Source of the DNA: Halioglobus sp.
GTDB taxonomy: Bacteria > Bacteroidota > Bacteroidia > Chitinophagales > Saprospiraceae
Direction: 5' to 3'
Assembly: GCA_047628935.1 (NCBI GenBank)
Contig: JBLHWH010000003.1
Coordinates: 5,031 to 69,030 of the forward strand
Length of the DNA stretch: 64,000 nt
The notes under the pieces are model-generated. The model did not search any database and was not told where the DNA came from. It worked only from the letters and a program-made list of their open reading frames with translations. Shown here piece by piece: positions 48,501 to 57,759 of this stretch. The stretch's first letter is position 1. Each line of letters begins with the position of its first letter. The position numbers were made by a program, and so were the translations under genes.

Positions 48501-51500
48501 GATGATGGTGAAAATTATTCAATGGGTATTGAGCCAGACGATGATGGTAATATTAGATTGAAAGAACCAGAAACTAGATGGGGTGGAATAATGAGAAGTT
48601 TCCAGAATTCAGATTTCGAGGCTGCCAACTATGAATTTATAGAGTTTTGGATGCTTAATCCATATGCAGATAGACCAGATGGTGAGACACTTGATGATGC
48701 AGAGGAAAATGGAGAGATTGTAATTCAACTTGGAAATATTTCAGAGGATATCGTCAAGGATGGAAATCAATTTTATGAAAACACACTACCACTTGGACCT
48801 GAATCGGTGACTTCACTAATCAATACTAACTGGGGGCAAGTGTCTCTTTTGCAGCCGGTCAATAATGGATTCGATGTAGAAAGAGGGATTGTGCAGGATG
48901 TAGGATTTGATGGTATAAAAGATAGCCTTGAACAAGTATTACATGCTGATTATTTACTACACCTTAGAGATAATGGTTTTAATTCTGATGCGAATAATGA
49001 CGCTTCAGGAGATAACTATGAATTTATAAGTCCTCAGAATTCTACTTTGGATCTTTTGACAAGATTCAAGAATTTTAATAATCCAGAAGGGAATGCACCG
49101 ATAGGCCAACAGAGACAGACAAATGAGTTAGCAAGAGGAAATAGAAATCCAGAGTCGGAAGATCTTAACAATAACAGATCTCTCGATTCCGGTGAAAGCT
49201 ATTATAACTACACAGTTAATATAAGTAAGCAAGCTGGCACTGGACCCGGTGGTTCTGATGAACTTGATGTATCTGCTACAAAATTCATTACAGAGATTAA
49301 AGAAGTACAAGGGGATAAATGGTACAGGTTCCGTATTCCAATAACAACGGGTTCTGATGTTGTGGTAGGAGATATAGCTGGATTTAGATCTATCCAGTTT
49401 ATGCGGATGTATATGACAAAATTCAAATCTGCTAAGACCTTCAGATTAGCAGATTTCCAATTGGTAAGAAATTTATGGAGAAAAAGCGAGGTGGAGTGTG
49501 AAGGTGACGGAAGTCAGTTGGGTGTAGAGTTTAGTGTCGATGAAGTAGGCGTAGAAGAAAATGGAGATAAAGCACCATTTGGCTATGTTACACCTCGAGG
49601 TATAGTACAAGAAGAGCTATTCAGTACGTTCTCGAATCTACTCCAAGATGAAAAGTCACTTGCACTTAATTTCTGTGGATTGGATGATGGTTGTAGTGTG
49701 GCGATTAATAAGCTGGCGAAACTGGATTTGACTCAATATGATAGACTTCAGCTTTTTATGCATGCTGAAACAGAACCAGATAGTCCTGAAATTCCTAATG
49801 GGGAGTTGTATGGATATATTCGATTTGGCAAAGATTTGGTAAATCATTATTATGAGTATGAAATTCCACTGGAAATTTCTACTGATAGTATAGCGGATCC
49901 CCAAAGAAGAGTTTGGCCGGATACAAATATGATAGATGTCAAGTTTTCTGAATTTAAACAAGCTAAGAAGAATAGAATTATACAAAATACTCCTCTTAAT
50001 ATAGAGTTTGAATATACTGAAGGGCCATCTCCTGGGACGATCAGAGTCAAGGGTACGCCTAGTCTAGGATATATAAAGGTATTCGAGGTAGGTGTAAGGA
50101 ATAGAACTGAGGTAGATGGCGATGAACCTTTCTGTGGTGAAGTATGGGTTAACGAGCTAAGGGCTGCGGGACTAAATGAAAAAGGGGGGATGGCCGCTCA
50201 AGCAAGACTGCAAATACAAATGGCAGATCTAGGTGAGATAAATCTTGCTGCTAACTATAGCACCATAGGTTGGGGTGGACTTGACCAAAGGCTTCTAGAA
50301 CGAAATAGAGAAGAAATCCTACAATACGATGCAGCGGCAAATTTACAATTGGGCAAGTTTTTTCCATCTGAATGGGGAATCAATATTCCGTTCTATGCTC
50401 AGTACTCTAAGGACAATTCTTATCAGCAGTTCGATCCTTTTGAGAGAGATTTAACAGTGGATGAAAAGGTTGATGCACTTCAGGAAAGCGTAGGTGAACT
50501 TACAAGAACACAAAGGGTTGTAGATAGTTTGGTTTTAGATGTTAAGGAGCGAAGTAAAGAAACATCGACCATCAAAACATTCAATTTTACCAATGTGAAA
50601 AAGGAAGGCAAAGGAGGAAAACCATGGAGTATATCCAACTTTAGTGCTTCCTATGCTTACACAGAAACGGTTAAGACAGATGCTATTATAAAAGAGGATA
50701 TAACTCAGGAGTATACAACTACTTTAGATTATAATTATTCTAATAAGACAAAAGGCATTCAACCTTTTAAAAAGCTCAAGAATAAAAATCTTAGGTTGCT
50801 CAAGGAATTCAATTTTAACTTGTTGCCAAAGAGTTTTACCTTCTCTACTAATATCAACAGACTGAAGAACAGTAGGACATTCAGGTTACCTAGCTCACCT
50901 GTCTTTAAATTTGATGATAGAAGATTCCTTTGGGATAGAAACTATGGGTTGAATTGGGATTTTACCAAGGCACTCAAGTTTACTTTTAGGGCGCAAGCAT
51001 CCTCACTAGTAGATGAACTGAGACAAGTCGGAATCGCTGATAATGAAGAGGATAGAGATTGGGTAGATGAGACAGGAAGTAAGCTCAATGGAGATGGTCA
51101 ACCATATGATGCACTTCAAGCATCAGATTATAGGAACAATAATCTTAGAAACCTGGGTAGAAGTAAAAACTACAAACATAATGTAGGACTACAGTATACG
51201 CTTCCGATAAGATACCTTCCATATATGGATTGGATCAATGTAAAGACAGATTATAAAGCGGATTATTCGTGGGCTGCAGGATCATTGATCTTGATTGATG
51301 ATGCTGATTCTAAGAGATTTGGCGATGGTGGAACTCCATTAGGAAACATTATTCAAAATAATCAAACAAGGTCTATCAATGGAACATTTAGTTTTGATAA
51401 ATTATATGCTAAATCGAAATATCTCAAGAAGATAGATAAGGGAAATAAGAAAAGCAGACGATCAAGATCTCGTAATTCTACGTCTAGGTCTAATGCCAAG

Positions 51501-53117
51501 AATAAAGGAAAAGGCAAAAAATCTAAAAAAGATGAGAAGAAAGAAGAGAGAGAAGTAACCATGATAGAAAGGATCTTACTGAGACCACTATTATCACTTA
51601 GATCTATAAAGGCTACCTACAAAGAGACTGAAGGAACCCTTATTCCAGGATTTATGGAAGATTCTAATTTGTTAGGCCTTGCCAATGGTTTTGGAGCACC
51701 AGGATGGGAGTTTGCAGCTGGACTTAGACCTGATGTAAAAGCTTGGGCAAAGGATCCTGAAAAAAAGAGATGGTTTAATCCTAGTGCTGTATTCAGTGAA
51801 CAAGTAAGTCAAAACAATAGCAGAACTATAGATCTGAAGATCGCATTAGAGCCATTTAAAGATTTTGATATAGATATAGACTTCAAGAAGTCATTTAGAA
51901 GGGATGAGACTTTTGTTCTTACTAATAAAGGTATAAATCCAGACCCTACAAACCTTGATTTTAACGCTATTGATTCCCCGGAATTTGTACCACAAGCACA
52001 GTATGAAGTTGGATCGTTCGAGATTTCTAATATGGGCATAGGTTCATTATTTTCTGATGCATCGGAGTTATATGCTAACTTTAAAAATGCAAGAGAGTCG
52101 GTATCATTGGAGTTGGCTCAAAATGATTTTAGTCGATTAGTAACTTCAAATCCTGACAGTGCTTCAATAGCATTGACAAAACACTCTGCTGATTGGGTGG
52201 ATGATGATGGCAATATACTTTATTATTATGGATATGGGCCTAACAACTATGATGTCGCAGTTCCTGCATTTTTAGCGACTTACCTTGGAGGAGAGACCGG
52301 TGATTATTCAGATTTGTCAAGTGACGCGAAAAGTCTTAGTTGGAGTAAATTGCCAAAACCTAACTGGACTATCAAATATGATGGATTGTCTAAGATGGAT
52401 GTGTTCAAAGATGTATTTACAAGCTTCACTATAAATCATAGTTATAAAGGAGCAATGCAAGTCAATAGGTTTAATACAACGCTGGAATATAGAGGCCTAA
52501 TTGATAATAGATCCCCAGTAAATGATAACTATTTTTCTAGAATTCAAATTCCTGCGATTACAATATCAGATCAGTTTTCACCGCTCATCGGAGTGTCTGT
52601 GAAGACTAAAAGTGAAATGACGATTGAAGCCGAGTGGAGAAAATCTAGATCGCTTAGTTTATCTCTTGAGGACCTAAGAGAACAAACGAGCAATGAGTTT
52701 AGATTCGGATTTGGATATACGATCAAGAATTTCAGATCTAGTAAGAAAAAAGGAAAGAGAAGAAAAAAGGCCCAAAAGGATGCGGAAAAAGATGATAAGA
52801 AATCTGGAGGTCTTGGGAAATCTGGAAGTCGTGGAGGAGTGAAGAATAATAGAGGAAAGACATTGACTATGAATCTTGATTTCTCAATCATTGATACGAG
52901 AGAATTGATTTATGAAGTATCACAAGGTGTTGATGGACAGGTGAATAGTGGACAGAATTCTATTCAAATATCTCCAAGTGTTGATTATGATATCAATGAA
53001 AACCTTACCATGAGATTCTTCTTTGATTATAATTATACAGAATCAGCTATTTCTATCGGATCTAATCGAAGGTTAAATATAAGAGGTGGTGTAACTGCTC
53101 AGTTGAAAATCAACTAA
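45519..53117 (+). CDS. sprA: T9SS translocon / cell-surface gliding protein SprA
   Basis: 2532 aa from ATG 45519 with a signal-anchor-like N-terminus. The size and the N-terminal region (PIKDNYGDHVTD..NNPFD, YDP.SGNY) are typical of SprA. Beta-strand-rich sequence runs to the C-terminus (...IRGGVTAQLKIN). Confidence 0.85.
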   Translation: MKITRALVTILFVSAFIYAAIGSGGSRNLPDPYEEIFAPAMVSDTIPIKDNYGDHVTDPNNNPFDITSNVIEQKVEYDPTSGNYIIYEKIGDEYYRTPTYLTFEEYLEFKKKEQQKAYFQRLAGVSSKKGLNAKTDPMERIDIQNSIVDRLFGGTEVNIQPQGQVDVTLQSTYYNSFQQQAGFNGNGVQFNPIDPDVDIRVSTEGNIGTKLNLDFNYDTQSTFNFDQQIKLEYDTEAFGEDDIIKKIEAGNVSLPLRGNLIQGAQSLFGLKTELQFGHLRLTAIASQQQSEQNNLRIENGAAVQEFELAPDEYDENRHFFVSHYNRATFERNLSNLPQIATSFRISQLEVWISEDRPTYQQRSTPIVAFSDLGEPDVDKYTGDYTGMNEFEPNTSLIEAAGSIYKDLNGFNLPDNRVNKIYEKIVLNETSLPEFEDVESQNLVASILEGEGFVQNRDFSVFTGRKLSSNEFSYNEQLGMLSLNIRLRPNQNLAVAYNYTYTANCDAVYNVGNLSADGSQFSSTSSNIGGVGGQQDTITNVEPPKVLFTKLLKSSVQQTNISTWDLMMKNVYPLRATQLNPEEFRFDIFFEDDSDGSLKKFIPEPGFTNQPLLEVFNLDRLNKYNDPQADGLFDFVPGITVIPSSGSVVFPVLEPFGSSLDSLLKGLPQDQIENYKFQQLYDTSITIAKQSLEQNKFLMKGEVTSASNGEINLGPFVPEGSVRVRAGGVLLQEGVDYEVDYSLGRLRIINDSYLQQGTPINVSFEDQSLFSLQQKTMLGLRADYDFNDHFSIGATYLKLSERPFTSKVNIGNDPINNRIFGIDMAYSNEAPFVTKIVDKLPFYSTKEKSSINFSAEAAFLKPGHSGAINAGGDDEDKGGVVSIDDFEGAVNGLLLGGFNSNQWRLASTPSEFPESKLNNDLRYGTNRAKVNWYSIDRQARTSADNESPYTRLIDQQELFNRDVQVGQSELLTFDIGYYPSEKGPYNFDETDGLEGDDGENYSMGIEPDDDGNIRLKEPETRWGGIMRSFQNSDFEAANYEFIEFWMLNPYADRPDGETLDDAEENGEIVIQLGNISEDIVKDGNQFYENTLPLGPESVTSLINTNWGQVSLLQPVNNGFDVERGIVQDVGFDGIKDSLEQVLHADYLLHLRDNGFNSDANNDASGDNYEFISPQNSTLDLLTRFKNFNNPEGNAPIGQQRQTNELARGNRNPESEDLNNNRSLDSGESYYNYTVNISKQAGTGPGGSDELDVSATKFITEIKEVQGDKWYRFRIPITTGSDVVVGDIAGFRSIQFMRMYMTKFKSAKTFRLADFQLVRNLWRKSEVECEGDGSQLGVEFSVDEVGVEENGDKAPFGYVTPRGIVQEELFSTFSNLLQDEKSLALNFCGLDDGCSVAINKLAKLDLTQYDRLQLFMHAETEPDSPEIPNGELYGYIRFGKDLVNHYYEYEIPLEISTDSIADPQRRVWPDTNMIDVKFSEFKQAKKNRIIQNTPLNIEFEYTEGPSPGTIRVKGTPSLGYIKVFEVGVRNRTEVDGDEPFCGEVWVNELRAAGLNEKGGMAAQARLQIQMADLGEINLAANYSTIGWGGLDQRLLERNREEILQYDAAANLQLGKFFPSEWGINIPFYAQYSKDNSYQQFDPFERDLTVDEKVDALQESVGELTRTQRVVDSLVLDVKERSKETSTIKTFNFTNVKKEGKGGKPWSISNFSASYAYTETVKTDAIIKEDITQEYTTTLDYNYSNKTKGIQPFKKLKNKNLRLLKEFNFNLLPKSFTFSTNINRLKNSRTFRLPSSPVFKFDDRRFLWDRNYGLNWDFTKALKFTFRAQASSLVDELRQVGIADNEEDRDWVDETGSKLNGDGQPYDALQASDYRNNNLRNLGRSKNYKHNVGLQYTLPIRYLPYMDWINVKTDYKADYSWAAGSLILIDDADSKRFGDGGTPLGNIIQNNQTRSINGTFSFDKLYAKSKYLKKIDKGNKKSRRSRSRNSTSRSNAKNKGKGKKSKKDEKKEEREVTMIERILLRPLLSLRSIKATYKETEGTLIPGFMEDSNLLGLANGFGAPGWEFAAGLRPDVKAWAKDPEKKRWFNPSAVFSEQVSQNNSRTIDLKIALEPFKDFDIDIDFKKSFRRDETFVLTNKGINPDPTNLDFNAIDSPEFVPQAQYEVGSFEISNMGIGSLFSDASELYANFKNARESVSLELAQNDFSRLVTSNPDSASIALTKHSADWVDDDGNILYYYGYGPNNYDVAVPAFLATYLGGETGDYSDLSSDAKSLSWSKLPKPNWTIKYDGLSKMDVFKDVFTSFTINHSYKGAMQVNRFNTTLEYRGLIDNRSPVNDNYFSRIQIPAITISDQFSPLIGVSVKTKSEMTIEAEWRKSRSLSLSLEDLREQTSNEFRFGFGYTIKNFRSSKKKGKRRKKAQKDAEKDDKKSGGLGKSGSRGGVKNNRGKTLTMNLDFSIIDTRELIYEVSQGVDGQVNSGQNSIQISPSVDYDINENLTMRFFFDYNYTESAISIGSNRRLNIRGGVTAQLKIN

Positions 53118-53140
53118 GAGGTGCATTCTTTAAATTTGTA

Positions 53141-53179
53141 AAAAGCTTATTCGTCGTTATTGATGGATAAGCTTTTTTT
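53141..53179 (+). terminator. rho-independent terminator after sprA
   Basis: The stem aagcttat/ataagctt (53143-53150 / 53167-53174) runs into ttttttt. Confidence 0.75.
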
Positions 53180-53302
53180 GATTTTAAGAATGTTTTTAAA
53201 AACTAACTTGCCGTGTCAATATTATAATTGTGATTGCTTTTTGAACCAATCACTAGAAATACAACATTATATGTACCTTTACCATCTATAAATACTTCAA
53301 TA

Positions 53303-54103
53303 TTGAGAGCTAAAAAATCCTTCGGACAACACTTCCTAATCAACGAATCATTATCAAAGAAAATCGCTAATTCATTGCGAATGGAATCTGATATCAAGAA
53401 TGTACTTGAGATTGGGCCTGGAAAAGGTGTTCTAACTAAATACCTTCTGGAGCAAGACATCAATCTAAGAGTATGTGAAGCGGATAAAGACATGGTGACT
53501 TATCTTGAAGATAACTATCCGAAACTTCATGATAATATCATATTCTTGGATTTTCTGAAGCTTGATATGAGTAAAGTTTTTGATGGGGAGTCTTTCTATA
53601 TGATTGGTAATTATCCATATAACATCTCTTCTCAGATATTATTCAAAATGGTAAAGCATAAGGAACTGATACCCGAGATGATAGGAATGTTTCAAAAGGA
53701 GGTTTCAGATAGAGTGATAGCTCCTCCTGGCAGCAGGACATATGGGGTGGTTAGTGTACTTATCCAAGCATTCTACAAAGGGGAGAATGTAGTAAGAGTG
53801 AGTCCTGGCTCGTTCAATCCACCCCCGAAAGTAAACTCTTCAGTGATCAGATTGACACGAAAAGAGAACCTTGACCTCGGATGTGATTATAGTCTATTCC
53901 GTACTGTGGTGAAGACCGCCTTTGGACAGCGAAGAAAGATGATGAGAAACACCCTCAAAGGATTGGTCAAAGATGAAAGTCTTTTAAAAGATGATTATTT
54001 CAAAAGAAGGCCAGAACAATTGGGTGTAGAGGAATTTGTAGACCTTACAGTTAAAATTCAGCAAGCGCAAGGAGAATATACTTCAGACGAAACTTCTGAT
54101 TAG
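53303..54103 (+). CDS. rsmA: 16S rRNA (adenine1518/1519-N6)-dimethyltransferase
   Basis: The likely TTG start at 53303 gives MRAKKSFGQHFL. The protein has the SAM motif EIGPGKGVLT and GNYPYNISS. The longer 53234 start adds a non-homologous extension. Confidence 0.9.
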   Translation: MRAKKSFGQHFLINESLSKKIANSLRMESDIKNVLEIGPGKGVLTKYLLEQDINLRVCEADKDMVTYLEDNYPKLHDNIIFLDFLKLDMSKVFDGESFYMIGNYPYNISSQILFKMVKHKELIPEMIGMFQKEVSDRVIAPPGSRTYGVVSVLIQAFYKGENVVRVSPGSFNPPPKVNSSVIRLTRKENLDLGCDYSLFRTVVKTAFGQRRKMMRNTLKGLVKDESLLKDDYFKRRPEQLGVEEFVDLTVKIQQAQGEYTSDETSD

Positions 54104-54207
54104 TACCAACTGTTTGAATCATTGGCGTCTGAAATAGATGCTGAAAAGAGTCGATTCTTGAAGGCTCGAGATTTTTATTTGAAAAACGATATACAAAAAG
54201 TAGCATA

Positions 54208-54654
54208 ATGAAATTAGAAGAGAGAATAATGCCAGATCTGAAGACAGCTATGAAAGCTAAAGATCAACCTGCATTAAGAACTATAAGAGCGATTAAAGCT
54301 GCTATCCTTATCCAAAAGACAGATGGTTCAGGTACAGAAATGACTCAAGAAATGGAAATCAAATTAATCCAAAAAATGGCTAAACAACGTCAGGATTCTC
54401 TGGATATTTTTGTGAAACAAGGTAGAGAAGATCTAGCTGTTACAGAAAGAGAAGAGTTAGAAGTGTTGAAGAAATATCTTCCAGAGCAATTATCAGAAGA
54501 GAAAATTAAAGAAATAGTTGATAAAATAATAGCGGATACTGGAGCAGAAGGCATGAAAGATATGGGTCGTGTAATGGGATTAGTATCTAAAGAACTAGCT
54601 GGAAAAGCAGATGGCAAAACTATATCTAGCGTAGTGAAAGCTTCTTTGACATAA
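54208..54654 (+). CDS. GatB/YqeY domain-containing protein
   Basis: 148 aa: ...LKTAMKAKD...LRTIRAIKAAI...QRQDS...GREDLA..E..E..VLKKYLP.QLSE.E, the typical YqeY pattern. Confidence 0.85.
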   Translation: MKLEERIMPDLKTAMKAKDQPALRTIRAIKAAILIQKTDGSGTEMTQEMEIKLIQKMAKQRQDSLDIFVKQGREDLAVTEREELEVLKKYLPEQLSEEKIKEIVDKIIADTGAEGMKDMGRVMGLVSKELAGKADGKTISSVVKASLT

Positions 54655-54915
54655 GAAGGATAGGGACAAAAGATCAGCATCAAATTGATAAGTTGTTTTA
54701 TAACATTACTTACTGGTTTAAGTGTAATGCCAGTTTGGCTTGTACAGCAAACGATATGTGAAACAAACGTACGTTTCACAGAAAACATTAAGGGATACCC
54801 ACTCTAACAATAATGAAAGTTACTTATCTGCCATGATAATTGATCCGCTTTAGTAGAAAACAAGCAAATTGATTCTCAGAAGATGGACAGCAAGGGGACT
54901 TACTAAAAAAAGATT

Positions 54916-55377
54916 ATGAATTTTCGGATTAATCGAGTTTTCTACCTATTTGCATTTATGCTGACGTTAGCAGCACTATCTTGTAAAACTGTAAAACAGA
55001 TTCCCAATGATAAAGCGGAATCTGACATTAAAGCAGTTATGAAAATGCAGGAACGTGCATGGAGCGATGGAGATGTGCATCAGTTCATGGAAGGATATTG
55101 GAAATCTGAAAATCTATCTTTCGTAGGTAAAAGTGGTGTCAATAAAGGCTGGCAAACAACTCTAAACAATTACATCAAAGGGTATCCTAGCAAAGATGCG
55201 ATGGGTGCATTGACATTTGAGGTGTTAGAGATGAATCGTATATCTGCGGATGCTTACCATATGATCGGTCGATATACATTGATTAGGAAAGCGGATAAAC
55301 CAACTGGGCTTTTCACTTTGATATGGAAGTATATTGATGGCAAGTGGCTCATCGTATCTGATCACACTAGCGGATAA
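54916..55377 (+). CDS. NTF2-fold (DUF4440/SnoaL-like) lipoprotein
   Basis: 153 aa with lipobox LSC. It has W..GD...FM.GYW..., G.FTLIWKYIDGKWLIVSDHTS and the characteristic DHTS end. Confidence 0.6.
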   Translation: MNFRINRVFYLFAFMLTLAALSCKTVKQIPNDKAESDIKAVMKMQERAWSDGDVHQFMEGYWKSENLSFVGKSGVNKGWQTTLNNYIKGYPSKDAMGALTFEVLEMNRISADAYHMIGRYTLIRKADKPTGLFTLIWKYIDGKWLIVSDHTSG

Positions 55378-55395
55378 AATAAATAGAATTACAAT

Positions 55396-56223
55396 ATGAG
55401 CCATAAACTCGGATTGATAGGTTATCCCTTGTCCCATTCCTTTTCACCCTCTTATTTTGCTAAAAAGTTCAAAGAACTGCAGATTCAAAATTCTGAGTAT
55501 TTGGCTTATTCTATAGATGAGATAGATAAGATTAATGAGATATTTGAATTAGAAGTAACTGGGCTCAATGTTACAATACCTTACAAAGAACAAGTGATTC
55601 CGTTCCTTGATGAATTGAGTGAAGAAGCGGCTGAAGTAGGTGCTGTGAATACAATAAAAATAGAAAATGGTCTAAAAGTTGGCTACAATACTGATGTTTA
55701 CGGTTTTCGGGCTTCTCTGTTAGAACAGATAGGTGATGTGAAAATTGAAAAGGCTTTGATCTTGGGGAGTGGGGGAGCATCAAAAGCGGTAAAGTTTGTG
55801 CTAAGGAAACTAGGAATAGATTATAAAATAGTATCGAGAAAAGAAATTTTAGGGACAGATACGATCAGTAGTATTGATAGAGATCTATCTTCCAAACACT
55901 TTGATTTTCAGAAGCAGGATCGCAAGGGTGCAAACAAAAAAGAAGCGTATTTAACCTATCTAAAGTTAGATAAGAAGATGATACAAGAACATAAACTAAT
56001 CGTAAATACGACACCTCTTGGAATGTACCCTAACGTGGGTAATTGCCCTTCGATACCTTATGACGGACTAACAGATCAACATTTTTTATATGACTTAGTC
56101 TACAATCCTGAAAAAACATTATTTTTGATGAAAGGAGAATCTGCTGGTAGTAGCATAAAAAATGGAAACGATATGTTAGTTTTGCAAGCCGAGAAATCAT
56201 GGGAAATATGGAATCAAAAATAA
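55396..56223 (+). CDS. aroE: shikimate dehydrogenase
   Basis: Motifs GLIGYPLSHSFSP, NVTIPYK, GAVNTI, GYNTD, LGSGGASKA, NTTPLGM and YDLVYNP. Confidence 0.85.
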   Translation: MSHKLGLIGYPLSHSFSPSYFAKKFKELQIQNSEYLAYSIDEIDKINEIFELEVTGLNVTIPYKEQVIPFLDELSEEAAEVGAVNTIKIENGLKVGYNTDVYGFRASLLEQIGDVKIEKALILGSGGASKAVKFVLRKLGIDYKIVSRKEILGTDTISSIDRDLSSKHFDFQKQDRKGANKKEAYLTYLKLDKKMIQEHKLIVNTTPLGMYPNVGNCPSIPYDGLTDQHFLYDLVYNPEKTLFLMKGESAGSSIKNGNDMLVLQAEKSWEIWNQK

Positions 56224-56270
56224 ATGAAGCCTCAATGAGAGAATCTGAACTGTCAAACCTCGGAAGTAAA

Positions 56271-57449
56271 ATGAACTCAGATAGTATAGATTTTACTGAC
56301 ACGAAAATTGCCTTTTCTGCCAAAACAGATAAGGAGTTAATAAAAATGGGCCGACTGTTTGGGCTTATGAATAAAAGTGCGCTCGTAACTGTAGGATCGA
56401 AACTTGGTTTAATTGCGATAAAGCTAAGACTTCCATTTGTAGATTATATAGTAAAACAAACCATTTTTCAACAGTTTTGTGGTGGGGAAAACCTATTGGA
56501 CTGTCAAAAATCAATTGATACTTTATACAAGAATAATTCTCTTACTATTCTGGACTTCGGTGCTGAAGGTAAGAGCAATGAAGAGGAACTGAATAATGTG
56601 ATGGAAGAGACAATGCGTGCAATAGAATTTGCAGCATCCAATGTGTCAGTGCCTGTTATCAGTACTAAGATTACTGGTCTAGTGGATAATAATATCCTCA
56701 TCAAATTACAGAATAAAGAGGAGCTTACCTTAGGGGAACAAAGAGAACATGCAGCACTTGTAGAAAGAGTAGGTAATATTTGTAGTAAAGCAGCCGAACT
56801 GAAAGTAAGCGTTTTTGTAGATGCCGAAGAAAGTTGGATGCAAGATCCAATTGATGATCTAGTCATGGATATGATGTCAAAGTATAATCATGATAGAGTC
56901 AATGTATACAATACGTATCAATTGTACAGACATGATAAATTGGCTGACTTGAAGGCACACCATAATACGGCTACAAAAGGTGGTTTCTTTTTCGGAGCGA
57001 AGTTGGTGAGAGGTGCTTATATGGAAAAGGAAAGAGAGCGTGCAATAGAAAACAGATACGATTCACCTATTCAGCCCGATAAGGCTTCTACGGACAGAGA
57101 TTTTGATGCGGGGATAGATTATTGTGTCAGAAATTATATAAATATAGCTTCTTGTTGTGCGTCACACAATGTCGAAAGCAATCGAAAACAAGCTGCCTTA
57201 ATCGATGAACTAGGGTTTGCTAAGGATCATCCACATTTTAACTTCTGTCAGCTATATGGAATGAGTGATTACATCACGTTTAATATAGGTAAAGCCGGAT
57301 ATAATGTGGCTAAATATGTTCCTTATGGCCCGATTAGAGATGTAGTTCCATATCTCATTAGACGTGCTCAAGAAAACTCATCTGTAACAGGAGAAATGAG
57401 CAGAGAGCTGAATCTGATCAAGAGTGAAATCAAAAGAAGAGGAATCTAA
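56271..57449 (+). CDS. proline dehydrogenase family protein
   Basis: Motifs FQQFCGGE, LVRGAYMEKERERA, QLYGMSD and VPYGP..DVVPYLIRRAQENSS. The start is uncertain, with in-frame ATGs at 56199, 56235 and 56271. I prefer 56271 by comparison with the usual ...F.DT.IAF N-terminus. Confidence 0.8.
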   Translation: MNSDSIDFTDTKIAFSAKTDKELIKMGRLFGLMNKSALVTVGSKLGLIAIKLRLPFVDYIVKQTIFQQFCGGENLLDCQKSIDTLYKNNSLTILDFGAEGKSNEEELNNVMEETMRAIEFAASNVSVPVISTKITGLVDNNILIKLQNKEELTLGEQREHAALVERVGNICSKAAELKVSVFVDAEESWMQDPIDDLVMDMMSKYNHDRVNVYNTYQLYRHDKLADLKAHHNTATKGGFFFGAKLVRGAYMEKERERAIENRYDSPIQPDKASTDRDFDAGIDYCVRNYINIASCCASHNVESNRKQAALIDELGFAKDHPHFNFCQLYGMSDYITFNIGKAGYNVAKYVPYGPIRDVVPYLIRRAQENSSVTGEMSRELNLIKSEIKRRGI

Positions 57450-57759
57450 CCCATTGAATAATCGTTGAGCTGACAAAGGAAGATCGTTGAGTGTTCAATA
57501 TTGCAGGAAGAGGATGTACTTGATTGACGAAAAAGTAATTTATTAGAATCAAGACGAAAAATAGATGGGAAGGAAGAATATTTGATATTGTTGTTTTCTA
57601 CTAGATACAAAGATCTAGTAGAAGTATGGTTTTGCAGTTTCCCAAGTATCCATAAGTACTAACAAAATAGAGCCGAACCCATACATTAGGCTCGACTCCT
57701 GTTAAAACCAAAACTCAATCTTTAGGGCAGAAGTTAGAATTCTGCACTATTTTATTATA

